Source: a virus. Taken from it: 64,000 nucleotides of DNA. The position numbers were made by a program, and so were the translations under genes. The stretch lies in IMG/VR virus record IMGVR_UViG_3300025120_000019. One strand, given 5' to 3'. The notes under the pieces were generated by a model. It was not told the DNA's origin and did not search any database. It saw only the letters and a program-made list of their open reading frames with translations. Positions 10,724 to 20,240 of this stretch are shown here, piece after piece; position 1 is the first letter of the stretch; every line of letters starts with the position of its first letter.

Positions 10724-12340
10724 CTATTCTTCTACTTTTTCTGCTTCTGTTTTATCAACTGAAACTTCTGTAGGGTTCCAACTTTCGTGTCCTGTCCAAG
10801 GCTCATGTTCTGGTATCCTTTTTGGTACTGCTGAGGGTTTGGCCTTTTCTGCTTCTAATGCTTCAACAGCTTCGTCAGCTTCTTTAGCCGGATTACTTCC
10901 TGAATTCATATGTATTTGGTCTGCTGTTTCTTGATGTGTTTTACTTTTTAAATTTATTGTTTCAGCGGCTTGTAATTTAACGTCTGTTTTGGCATTGAAG
11001 TTTTGAGCACCTTCAGTTGTAACTTTTAAGTCTTGTCCAACTTTTACATCATATAATCCTGCAGATTCTACTTTTAAATCTTTACCTACTTTATAATCTT
11101 GAGATCCAACTGTTTGTACAGCTAGATCTTCACCAACATTTATATGCATTTTAGTTTCTGTAGTAATTTTTCCATCTATGCCAACTTTTACTTCCCAGTT
11201 CTCTGCAGATGACATAAAAGTGCTTTCGTTTGAGGTTATGTTAACATTACGTGAAGCGTGAATATTTACGTCTCTTTCAGCTTTAAAATTTAAATCGGCA
11301 TCACTGTGAAAACTAATGCTATCTTCTGCATATACATCTAATTTTCCATTGCTGGTCATTTCTATCCAACAAGTGCCTTTGCTATTATTGATGTAAATTA
11401 AGTCTTCGCTAGTATGCATTAATATTTGAGCACCTGTCCTAGTCCTTAATCTAATTAATTCATTATGAGGAATAGTTACATCGCCTCCGCTTTCGCTTGC
11501 TTCTTTGTTTACATACTCAAATCCTATTTCACTAGCGTTTCCTTTTCTAATACGCTTATCATCACCGTCATCAATTACTATGCTACTACTTCCAAGCCTA
11601 CTAACTGGAATATTTGCTTTTGATTCTTTTAAGCCTACTGGTGCTGTTGGTTTTCCGCCTCTTTTGTCTAAAGGCCCTGGACTACTGAAGCCAACTACTG
11701 CACTAGGTGTTTCTCGTTGAGCACTAGAAGTTGTTATTCCTCTAATTTCATCTTCAACTAATCCTTGTTCAATTAACGTATCTACGAATTCAGTGTTAAT
11801 AGGTTTTTTATATTTTATTACGTTGTTTGTTTGTGGTTTAGTTATTGCTTTGTTATACTCTCCGGCAGGTAATTTTTTTCCTTTAAGATTTGTTGGAATA
11901 TCACCGCTTAGTTGTTCTGTAGCAGGTTGTCCTCCGGGTAACATAAAAGTCATTCCCTTTTCTGGAATACAAGCAAACCAATAGCCAAAATCTCTACTGC
12001 CTTCAACAAATGTTACTAAAACTAAACTGCCTGGATCTGGCGGTATTGCCCAAAACCCATAACTTTTTTGTGTACTTGCATAATCGTCATTTTTTCTAGG
12101 TCCGTTTTGACTATTTGTTACTCCATAAAAAGGACTTGCATAATAAACTTCAACTGTTTGCCCAACTGTTTCACCAATATTTCCAGCTTCTGCTGTTTTT
12201 AATAATTCAACACGTAGCCCACCCAGATATAAACTATCTAAATGTTCTATTACCCTTGCAATATAAGGACCAGGATTACCGGTCTTTTGTCCAGTATCTG
12301 CGCCTCTAGTAACTTCATTTTTATTTGGAATATTACTCAT
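10724..12340 (-). CDS. gp5: Baseplate central spike, gp5/VgrG-like (OB fold + beta-helix, no lysozyme domain seen)
   Basis: GPYIARVIEHLD...GGLRVEL, YGFWAIPPDPGSLVLVTF (gp5 OB fold), IRLRTRTGAQILM and about 8-residue V-x-V-G beta-helix repeats. Confidence 0.75.
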   Translation of the reverse strand: MSNIPNKNEVTRGADTGQKTGNPGPYIARVIEHLDSLYLGGLRVELLKTAEAGNIGETVGQTVEVYYASPFYGVTNSQNGPRKNDDYASTQKSYGFWAIPPDPGSLVLVTFVEGSRDFGYWFACIPEKGMTFMLPGGQPATEQLSGDIPTNLKGKKLPAGEYNKAITKPQTNNVIKYKKPINTEFVDTLIEQGLVEDEIRGITTSSAQRETPSAVVGFSSPGPLDKRGGKPTAPVGLKESKANIPVSRLGSSSIVIDDGDDKRIRKGNASEIGFEYVNKEASESGGDVTIPHNELIRLRTRTGAQILMHTSEDLIYINNSKGTCWIEMTSNGKLDVYAEDSISFHSDADLNFKAERDVNIHASRNVNITSNESTFMSSAENWEVKVGIDGKITTETKMHINVGEDLAVQTVGSQDYKVGKDLKVESAGLYDVKVGQDLKVTTEGAQNFNAKTDVKLQAAETINLKSKTHQETADQIHMNSGSNPAKEADEAVEALEAEKAKPSAVPKRIPEHEPWTGHESWNPTEVSVDKTEAEKVEE

Positions 12341-12345
12341 TTATT

Positions 12346-14667
12346 TTATCCATACGGTGTATAACTTTGTTGAGATGTGCCTGCATCTTTCATTTTTACT
12401 GTTTTATCATTTGTACCAGTTTGTTTTACATCTTCTGGCTGGTTTGGTCTTCTTAATAATTTTAATCTTTGCGTAAACTGCCCTTTATTAAAACCATTAG
12501 ACAATGTTGTTACCCTATACAACCCACTAAAACTATCAACTGGAATAGTATCTTCTGGAAATATTACACTACCATCATCTCTATAATCAATAGGAGTTCT
12601 AAAATTAACAATTACATCAACTTCTCCACGCTGATATTCCATACTACCATTTGTTGTTGTATTTTCGTCTTGTTTTCCTGCTGTAAAATTTCCCATTCCG
12701 CTGTCAAAGATGTAATAAGGATCGCCAAGTATTTCAAGATCTAATTGAACTAAATCAACAAAACTATTAATAATGTTATCATTAAACATTTTAGCAATAC
12801 GTACTTTACTATCGTCTATCCCGGCGCCGCCACTGCCTTGTAAGCTAGAATTAGATACTGATATTTGTTGTGCAAACCCAGTTCCACTTAATCCGTTAAC
12901 TGTTTGGTTGATTATGCTTGCATCTTTGTCACCTTGTACAATATTCTGCTGTAATCCTCCGCCTTTGCGTTGTAAATTGTTTTGTCCAGCATCAGACATA
13001 ATACCTTTAAAAAAAGCGGCATTAATATTAATATCAAAGTTAATAATATCGTTATTTGCGCCTGTATATATGTAATTGTATTCTCTTTTAGCATTAGCCC
13101 TTAATTGTTCATAACTTAGTCCTGGATCTGCTGGTTTTTGTAAAGCACTAGAGTGTACTTTATATGGAACTACTCGATATACATATGTTTTTGCTAGTGT
13201 TCCGTCTTGTTGTTCGCGAGATACTCCGTCTTTTATAAAAGTTTGGGCATCTATTTTAAACCATTCTACCATTCCATCGGCATCAGCTGGTCTAGTTTTT
13301 AATTCTTTTGCCCAATCAGAAGTAACAACAACTTCCTCTATCATTTGTGTAACTTTTGTATCAGTATTAAATGTAAAACTCCTTTGTACAGGGTCTATTA
13401 CATTTTTTCCTCGTGTATAAACTTTGTTATTTTTATCGTATTGTTGTCCACTTTTGCCCATTGGTATTTTTCCTGGATCAGAATAGCTGTTTGCTATAGT
13501 TCCACTACCTATTGCATTAACGCTACCTGCACTTTGAGCTATTTGTGTCAGTCCTTCACTAATACTACTTTTGTTAAAAACTAATCCAGTTACACTACTT
13601 AAAAAAGCATCAAAGTCTTGTGGTGCTTGGGCACCTAAGAACCCTGTAATACTTTGGAATACACCGTTTATGTCTCCCGATCTAAAAGCACCAAGAACTC
13701 CTGTCAGAGCACCAAAGTTTGCTCCTCCAAATGCTCCGCCTATTGCTCCTGCAAGTGCATTCTGTCCTATATTTTTATTTCCGCCTATTGCACCTCCAAT
13801 AATTCCGCCAACTACACCTTTAGCAATATTACCAAATAACCTATTTCCTGATTTTTGCGGAGCCACTGTTGCTCCTTGATCAATTGAATTATTTTTTGCA
13901 ATACTACTTGCACTAGTAGCTATATCATTAGGAAAAGTTATAACAAGTTCGTCTGAAACTGGAAAATTACCTTCTGCTCTAAGCTCTTCGTATCTACCAT
14001 TCATTATTGTTGTTAAACTTTCGGGGCCTGTCTGCAAAATTTCTACCACATTTTTACCAGTAACAGTTATATCAGAATAAGTTCTATCAATTTGATCAAC
14101 TAGTGCTTGTTCATTCCACGGAATAGCTGTTATATCGTATCTTGTTCCACCACCACTTACATTAAACTCTGCATTTGTAAGTTTCATGGGAATTTTTCTT
14201 TGTAAATTTAATGTTTTTCCATCTTTATCAACCGTAACAGGCTTTCCATCATCGTCAAAACCAACAAATTCAATTGTAAGTAAAAAAGGTGCTTGTAAAT
14301 AATTTGTGTAACCAGCTTGTAATGACGCTATTTGCAATGTTTGCAAAAATAATCCCATACTATATGGTTCTATAACTTGGAATGAAATATTTGTTGCATT
14401 TGTTAATCTAGTCCTAGTATTAGGAACTACTAATGCTTGTATTTCTACATCCTCGATAAAATATTCTAGTTTGCCACCTATTTGTTCTTCAAAGATAGTA
14501 GAAACCGACGCTTCGCTTTTTCCACCACTTCTAAAAATTTCTAATTGTGGTTTGTCTCCAACATAGGTTTCATCAGGAAAGTTTACTTCATCTTTTGTTA
14601 GTACAGCAAATGTAAAGATATAATTATAGCTTGAATAAACGTGTAAAGGATTAATTTCAACTGCCAT
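12346..14667 (-). CDS. Baseplate hub / tail protein (gp27- or GPD-like)
   Basis: NPLH.YSSYNYIFT start; C-terminal LEILGDPY...FSGLYRVTTLSNGFNKGQFTQRLKLLR matches the hub-protein C-terminal signature; lies between gp53 and gp5. Confidence 0.6.
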   Translation of the reverse strand: MAVEINPLHVYSSYNYIFTFAVLTKDEVNFPDETYVGDKPQLEIFRSGGKSEASVSTIFEEQIGGKLEYFIEDVEIQALVVPNTRTRLTNATNISFQVIEPYSMGLFLQTLQIASLQAGYTNYLQAPFLLTIEFVGFDDDGKPVTVDKDGKTLNLQRKIPMKLTNAEFNVSGGGTRYDITAIPWNEQALVDQIDRTYSDITVTGKNVVEILQTGPESLTTIMNGRYEELRAEGNFPVSDELVITFPNDIATSASSIAKNNSIDQGATVAPQKSGNRLFGNIAKGVVGGIIGGAIGGNKNIGQNALAGAIGGAFGGANFGALTGVLGAFRSGDINGVFQSITGFLGAQAPQDFDAFLSSVTGLVFNKSSISEGLTQIAQSAGSVNAIGSGTIANSYSDPGKIPMGKSGQQYDKNNKVYTRGKNVIDPVQRSFTFNTDTKVTQMIEEVVVTSDWAKELKTRPADADGMVEWFKIDAQTFIKDGVSREQQDGTLAKTYVYRVVPYKVHSSALQKPADPGLSYEQLRANAKREYNYIYTGANNDIINFDININAAFFKGIMSDAGQNNLQRKGGGLQQNIVQGDKDASIINQTVNGLSGTGFAQQISVSNSSLQGSGGAGIDDSKVRIAKMFNDNIINSFVDLVQLDLEILGDPYYIFDSGMGNFTAGKQDENTTTNGSMEYQRGEVDVIVNFRTPIDYRDDGSVIFPEDTIPVDSFSGLYRVTTLSNGFNKGQFTQRLKLLRRPNQPEDVKQTGTNDKTVKMKDAGTSQQSYTPYG

Positions 14668-14973
14668 TTAAAGTCCTAGTTCACTCTTTATATTGCTTTG
14701 CTTTGGTAAAAATATTTTTATACCCGCTTCCATATCAAAAACAGGATCTTTTACGATATCCATATTTCTTTGAGCAAACACCCACCATAAGCTTGCAGTT
14801 CCGTACAAATCAAATGCTAATAAATCAGGTCTATGATTATATTGCGGTTCTATTGTGTATAAAACATCATCATCTTCTGCTGGAATAGGTCTTATTTTTA
14901 AAACTCCTAATTCTCCTGAAGCTTCTACTGTTGTATTGTTCCAAGGACTTGTTTTTGAATAACTAACAGCCAT
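14668..14973 (-). CDS. gp53: Baseplate wedge subunit gp53-like (LysM-like)
   Basis: RPDLLAFDLYGTASLWWVFAQRN...DP is the gp53/LysM-type signature. Confidence 0.8.
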   Translation of the reverse strand: MAVSYSKTSPWNNTTVEASGELGVLKIRPIPAEDDDVLYTIEPQYNHRPDLLAFDLYGTASLWWVFAQRNMDIVKDPVFDMEAGIKIFLPKQSNIKSELGL

Positions 14974-15788
14974 TATAGGTATCCCTCTGAAGTAATATCA
15001 CCGTTTACAAATTTATCTAAACTAAACGCAGACGCTTTTACTCTGCTGTAAGTTGGAGTACAGGTTACACTAAGCATTGACGTTGTAGGTACCCATGTAT
15101 ATTGTTCAACTATTTGATTAGATTGTCCAACATTTATAGGAACTCTAATATAATCTACTCCATTTTCTAAACTATAATTAAAATTAGTAATTACTACAGG
15201 CACATTATTAAGAACATACGAACCGTACCCATTTAATTTTACTACTGGAGGTGGTGCTCCTTTATTACTAGTATCCCCAAATGCCATTTTTGTTACACTT
15301 TTAAAGAAATGTATTGCGGCAACCCAATATTTTCCATCTTCTATAGTTTGAACTGGAAACTCTCCTGCAATAGTAATAGGTTCAATACTGCTATTTTCAT
15401 ATGTAGGAAAGGGATAATTACTATGTGTAGGATGTAAACTACCGTAATTTGCAGTATGGGAAAAAGTAATATTAGGCACTAAAGGAAAAACTACCGAATT
15501 TCCAGTCACAGCTAAAGGTTCTAACAATGGACTTGTTCTAAAGGTTCCAAGATCTGGTACAGAGATACGAACTCTCCAGTCTTCTCCTTGTTGTGCATTA
15601 CTAGGATTGAAAGTTGCGGTGGCATAATTGGCAGAAGCAGGCTCAGCACCAGGAGAAATATTTTTACTTCTTAATGCACTCATGAAAAAATTTACATTGG
15701 TTAAAAAATCTGATATACTTTGTTTTTTTGTAACATTGTTTTCACTTCCAATGTTATTATCTATACCTGTGATTGGATCAATTGACAT
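14973..15788 (-). CDS. Baseplate-tail tube initiator/cap (gp54/gp48-like)
   Basis: VVFPLVPNI...HSNYP...GAPPPVVKLNGYG...VPVVITNFNYSL...DY...VPT pattern of tube-initiator proteins; first gene of the baseplate operon. Confidence 0.55.
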   Translation of the reverse strand: MSIDPITGIDNNIGSENNVTKKQSISDFLTNVNFFMSALRSKNISPGAEPASANYATATFNPSNAQQGEDWRVRISVPDLGTFRTSPLLEPLAVTGNSVVFPLVPNITFSHTANYGSLHPTHSNYPFPTYENSSIEPITIAGEFPVQTIEDGKYWVAAIHFFKSVTKMAFGDTSNKGAPPPVVKLNGYGSYVLNNVPVVITNFNYSLENGVDYIRVPINVGQSNQIVEQYTWVPTTSMLSVTCTPTYSRVKASAFSLDKFVNGDITSEGYL

Positions 15789-15806
15789 AATGGCGCTCCT
15801 ATACTG

Positions 15807-15832
15807 TATTTAGTTGACAAAAATATGTACGT
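15807..15832 (-). promoter_or_regulatory. Late promoter for the baseplate operon (ACGTAC-N14-TAAATA)
   Basis: Minus strand acgtac-atatttttgtcaac-TAAATA upstream of SD aggag and ATG 15788. Confidence 0.6.
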
Positions 15833-15842
15833 AGTTTATAAT
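15814..15842 (+). promoter_or_regulatory. Consensus sigma70 promoter for gp55
   Basis: TTGACA (15814-19), 17-nt spacer, TATAAT (15837-42): perfect consensus. Confidence 0.85.
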
Positions 15843-15865
15843 AGAATATATAATAAGGAAAAAAT

Positions 15866-16693
15866 ATGGCAAAAAGAGTAAATTACCTAAATAATAAAGA
15901 TATGCTAAAACAAATACATAAAAGCAAGAGTACATTCTGTAGTTATGTTGACCCAGCATATGAACAATTTGATATAATACTTCCGGCTATTGAAAAAGTT
16001 AATATTAGAACAGTAGCAGAAGCAAAACGTAATCGTGCAAAGAAAATGACTACAACAGCATATGATGCGGCAAAAGCATTGAATAAAAAAGTTAAAATTA
16101 CAGAATTTGAAGTAGATTATAGATCCATTCCAAAAACTGAGTTAGTATTTCGTATAATGACATTTGATCATATTCCAGATGAGCCCGGACGTAAGAAAAC
16201 TCCTAAAACAGTAGCTGATACAAAAACAAAACTTAATTTTCCTCCATTTCAACACTATATGTTTGATGAAGATGACAATTTAGTATGTATAGGAAAGAGT
16301 CATTGGGAAGGTGGTATGGAAAACGGATGTTTTTCTAAAGCTCACGGAACAGCAACAAACGAATTAGCAAGAATGTGGATGAAGTTAGTTGATAGATATG
16401 CAACCAGAGGAAATGTTAGAGGTTATACCTATAATGACGAAATGAAAGGGCAAGCAATATTACAATTATCACAAATAGGACTACAGTTTGATGAATCCAA
16501 GTCTAATAACCCGTTTGCATACTACACTGCGGCTGTAACTAATTCATTTGTTAGAGTTATTAACTTAGAAAAACGTAATCAAAACATTAGAGATGATATT
16601 TTAGAGATGAACGAGCTAAAACCAAGTCATACAAGACAACACGCAGGAGAATGGGAAGCCGCATTGCGGAGAGAAGCAGAGATTAAAAAATAA
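15866..16693 (+). CDS. gp55: Late-transcription sigma factor, gp55-like
   Basis: NYLNNKDML start, GYTYNDEM and FDESKSNNPFAYYTAAVTNSFVRVINLEKR are gp55 motifs; gp55-47-46 order as in T4-like phages. Confidence 0.9.
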   Translation: MAKRVNYLNNKDMLKQIHKSKSTFCSYVDPAYEQFDIILPAIEKVNIRTVAEAKRNRAKKMTTTAYDAAKALNKKVKITEFEVDYRSIPKTELVFRIMTFDHIPDEPGRKKTPKTVADTKTKLNFPPFQHYMFDEDDNLVCIGKSHWEGGMENGCFSKAHGTATNELARMWMKLVDRYATRGNVRGYTYNDEMKGQAILQLSQIGLQFDESKSNNPFAYYTAAVTNSFVRVINLEKRNQNIRDDILEMNELKPSHTRQHAGEWEAALRREAEIKK

Positions 16694-16698
16694 TAAGG

Positions 16699-16727
16699 TT
16701 GCTCTTTTATCTATTTTAGTTTATACT
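16699..16727 (+). promoter_or_regulatory. sigma70-like promoter for gp47/gp46
   Basis: TTGCTC-17 nt-TATACT in the intergenic gap. Confidence 0.55.
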
Positions 16728-16749
16728 ATACTCAAAGCGGAGTCTTCTA

Positions 16750-17763
16750 TTGTTTAAAAAATCAGCAGTTTTTACAGACCTACATTTAGGTATGAAAGGT
16801 AATTCTCGTGTCCATAATCAGGATTGCGAAGATTATATTAATTGGTATATTGACACAGCCAAAGCAAATAATTGCGAAACTGGTATATTTTGTGGAGATT
16901 GGCATCATAACCGTAATAGTTTAAATTTAACTACTATGGATCATACAATTCGATGCTTAGAAAAGCTAGGTCAATCGTTTGAAAACTTCTATATGTTTGC
17001 CGGTAATCACGATTTGTACTATAAAGACAAACGTGATGTAAAGTCTACAGAGTTTGCTAGACATATACCCGGTATTACTGTTATAGAAGATATATTGGTT
17101 AAAGAGGATGTAGCGTTAGTTCCTTGGTTAGTAGGTGACGAATGGCACCGTATAGAGAAGCTACAATCTAAGTATTTGTTTGGTCATTTTGAACTTCCTA
17201 GTTTTTATATGAACGCTATGGTACAGATGCCAGACCACGGTGAACTAAAAGCTGAACATTTTAAAAATCAAGAGTATGTGTTTAGTGGACATTTCCATAA
17301 AAGACAAAAGCAAGGAAAAATACACTACATTGGTAATGCATTTCCACACAATTATGCTGATGCATGGGACGATGCACGTGGAATGATGATACTTGATAGA
17401 GAAAATAACAAAGAACCAGAGTATATTGACTGGATAGACTGTCCTAAATATAGAACAGTAAAGCTATCTCAACTAATTGATGAGAAAGACACGTTAATCA
17501 AACCAAATATGTATCTAAGGGTAACACTAGATTTGCCTATAAGTTATGAAGAAGCAAGTTATGTAAAAGAAACCTTTATAGATCAATACGAATGTAGAGA
17601 AATTACGCTAATACCGCAAAAACACCTAGAAGAGATTAATACTGAACTGGATATTGAGCAATTTGAAAGTGTTGATCAAATAGTAAGCAACGAAATACAA
17701 GCAATCGACAGCGAACAGTTTAATAAGAAACTGCTATTAGACATTTATAACGAGTTAGCATGA
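16750..17763 (+). CDS. gp47: Recombination endonuclease subunit, Mre11/SbcD-like
   Basis: Metallophosphoesterase motifs DLH.G, GDW.H, GNHD, GHFE, SGHFH. Confidence 0.92.
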   Translation: MFKKSAVFTDLHLGMKGNSRVHNQDCEDYINWYIDTAKANNCETGIFCGDWHHNRNSLNLTTMDHTIRCLEKLGQSFENFYMFAGNHDLYYKDKRDVKSTEFARHIPGITVIEDILVKEDVALVPWLVGDEWHRIEKLQSKYLFGHFELPSFYMNAMVQMPDHGELKAEHFKNQEYVFSGHFHKRQKQGKIHYIGNAFPHNYADAWDDARGMMILDRENNKEPEYIDWIDCPKYRTVKLSQLIDEKDTLIKPNMYLRVTLDLPISYEEASYVKETFIDQYECREITLIPQKHLEEINTELDIEQFESVDQIVSNEIQAIDSEQFNKKLLLDIYNELA

Positions 17764-19538
17764 TAAAAATAAAAGACCTAACAGTAAAGAACTTTATGAG
17801 TGTAGGTAATGTTACACAAGCTATCGACTTTAATAAAGAACAACTAACATTGGTTCTAGGAGAGAACCTAGACCAGGGTGGTGACGATACTGGATCACGT
17901 AATGGTACAGGTAAAACAACCATCATTAATGCATTAAGTTATGCATTGTACGGCACGGCTCTTACTAACATAAAACGTAACAATCTTATCAATAAAACGA
18001 ACTCAAAAGGTATGCTTGTTACTTTAAATTTTGAAAAAAATAACAACAAATATCGAATTGAACGAGGAAGATCTCCAAATGTTCTTAAATTTTATATAAA
18101 TGAACATGAACAAGAGGACGATTTAACTAACGAGTCACAAGGAGATAGTAGAAAGACTCAAGAAGATATAAATTCACTAATTAGTATGAGTCATGATATG
18201 TTCAAGCACGTTGTTGCATTGAATACATACACCGAACCTTTTTTAAGTATGCGAGCTAACGATCAAAGGGCTATTATTGAACAGTTACTTGGTATAACAA
18301 TACTAACCGAGAAGGCAGAAGTACTAAGAGAAAAGGTAAAAGCAACAAAAGATAGTATCGCCGAAGAAACAATTAAAATAAATGCAATAGAAGCAAGCAA
18401 TAAAAAGATCGAAGAAAGCATAAATCAATTAGCTAGTAGACAAAAAGCTTGGGTATCTAAGCAAAATATAGATATTGAAAAATTTTCTAGTGCTATAACA
18501 GAATTAGAGCAGTTAGATATTAACAACGAACTAGATTCTCACGAAAAACTTACAAACTGGATTGAGCATAATAATAGATTAACAAGTTTAAACAAAGAAA
18601 AAGCAACATTAGAAGCCGCACTAATGAGAGCAAATAAAAGTGTTACTAAAGCACAAAAAGATACACAAGATCTCGATGACGCTGTGTGTTATACTTGTGG
18701 GCAAGCTTTACCTGGTGATAAAAAAGCAGAAATACAAGAAAGAAAACAAAAAGAACTTGATGATGCTATAGCATATGAAAAAGAAGTTACTAGAAAACTA
18801 GATGCTACTATGTCTTTTTTAAATGAAATAGGTGATATAAATGGTAAGCCAACAACATTTTATGAAACAGCGAAAGAAGCTTATGAACATAGAAACAACG
18901 TGGATAATTTACGTCAAGCACTAGTAAGTAAAGAGCAAGAAGAAGATCCTTATCAAGGACAGATAGATGATTTAACAAATACTGCACTACAAGCTATAGT
19001 TTGGGATAGTGTAAACGAACTAACTAATTTAAAAGATCATCAGGAGTTTTTATTAAAGCTATTGACAAATAAAGATTCTTTCATAAGAAAAAAGATAATC
19101 GATCAAAACTTAGCATATCTTAATAACAGACTTACATACTATTTAGACAAACTAGGCTTACCGCATCAGGTTTTATTTCAAAATGATTTGAGTGTAGAAA
19201 TTACACAATTAGGACAGGATTTAGACTTTGATAATTTATCAAGAGGCGAACGTAATAGACTAATACTAGGTATGAGTTTTGCATTCCGTGACGTTTGGGA
19301 ATCATTATATCAAGGTGTTAACTTACTTTTTATTGATGAGCTAATAGACTCAGGAATGGATACTGCCGGAGTAGAAGGTGCTTTAGCTGTATTGAAAAGA
19401 ATGGGTCGAGAAAGAAGAAAAAATGTTTTTCTAATTTCTCATAAAGACGAACTTGTTGGGCGTGTTAATCATGTTATGAAAGTTATAAAAGAAAACGGCT
19501 TTACAAGTTATGAAAATGATGTGGACATAGTAGAATGA
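17760..19538 (+). CDS. gp46: Recombination ATPase subunit, Rad50/SbcC-like
   Basis: KNFMSVG, Walker A NGTGKTT, coiled coil with CYTC zinc hook, signature LSRGE, Walker B LLFIDE, H-loop ISHK. Confidence 0.93.
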   Translation: MIKIKDLTVKNFMSVGNVTQAIDFNKEQLTLVLGENLDQGGDDTGSRNGTGKTTIINALSYALYGTALTNIKRNNLINKTNSKGMLVTLNFEKNNNKYRIERGRSPNVLKFYINEHEQEDDLTNESQGDSRKTQEDINSLISMSHDMFKHVVALNTYTEPFLSMRANDQRAIIEQLLGITILTEKAEVLREKVKATKDSIAEETIKINAIEASNKKIEESINQLASRQKAWVSKQNIDIEKFSSAITELEQLDINNELDSHEKLTNWIEHNNRLTSLNKEKATLEAALMRANKSVTKAQKDTQDLDDAVCYTCGQALPGDKKAEIQERKQKELDDAIAYEKEVTRKLDATMSFLNEIGDINGKPTTFYETAKEAYEHRNNVDNLRQALVSKEQEEDPYQGQIDDLTNTALQAIVWDSVNELTNLKDHQEFLLKLLTNKDSFIRKKIIDQNLAYLNNRLTYYLDKLGLPHQVLFQNDLSVEITQLGQDLDFDNLSRGERNRLILGMSFAFRDVWESLYQGVNLLFIDELIDSGMDTAGVEGALAVLKRMGRERRKNVFLISHKDELVGRVNHVMKVIKENGFTSYENDVDIVE

Positions 19539-19783
19539 ACGATGATACACATGATCAACTTGTAAAAATATATTTAGAATACTTTAAGGCAAACGAACAA
19601 TTTGAAAGAGCTCCTAGTCTAAGAACAAAAAGAAATACTAGAGAGTTATTAAGAAAACTACGTGACTTAGCAAAAATAAGGCAAAACGAAATTAAAGAAA
19701 AATACGACATTGTACTTGAAGATATAAGAGCATCTGGTAAATGGGCAGGCAATATAGGTAAATCAAAAAAGACAAAAAAATAA
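19535..19783 (+). CDS. Small basic helical protein, possibly Hc1-like DNA-binding protein
   Basis: 82 aa, K/R-rich, FE...RNTRELLRKLRDLAKIRQNEI pattern; overlaps the gp46 stop (ATGA). Confidence 0.5.
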   Translation: MNDDTHDQLVKIYLEYFKANEQFERAPSLRTKRNTRELLRKLRDLAKIRQNEIKEKYDIVLEDIRASGKWAGNIGKSKKTKK

Positions 19784-19804
19784 AACGGTTTGTATACATA
19801 AAGT

Positions 19805-20239
19805 ATGAGTTGGTTATATAAAGGAAAACAAGTTAAAGAAATTTCAGATGTATATGAAGGATTTGTTTACTTAATAACAAACTTAAAAGATAACCGTAAG
19901 TATGTAGGCAAGAAACTAGCAAAATTTAAAACAACCAAGCCACCATTAAAAGGCAAAAAAAACAAACGCAGAGGTCATAAAGAAAGTGACTGGCGTGAAT
20001 ACTGGGGAAGTTCAGACAGACTGAACGAAGATGTAAAAAACTTAGGCCAAAAAAACTTTACTCGAGAAATACTTTATTTTTGTAAGTCTCGCGGTGAAAT
20101 GTCATACTTAGAGGCAAGAGAACAATTTGAAAGACGTGTACTGGAAACAGATGAATACTATAATGGTATTATCAATGTAAGAGTAGGCGGTTCAAACATA
20201 CTTAGAGAAAATTTAAAGGCACATCAGGACACTGTTTAA
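19805..20239 (+). CDS. Stand-alone GIY-YIG family endonuclease (144 aa)
   Basis: GFVYLITNLKDNRKYVGKK (GIY-x10-YIG), YWGSS, conserved E (YLEAREQ) and YYN. Confidence 0.8.
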   Translation: MSWLYKGKQVKEISDVYEGFVYLITNLKDNRKYVGKKLAKFKTTKPPLKGKKNKRRGHKESDWREYWGSSDRLNEDVKNLGQKNFTREILYFCKSRGEMSYLEAREQFERRVLETDEYYNGIINVRVGGSNILRENLKAHQDTV

Positions 20240-20240
20240 A

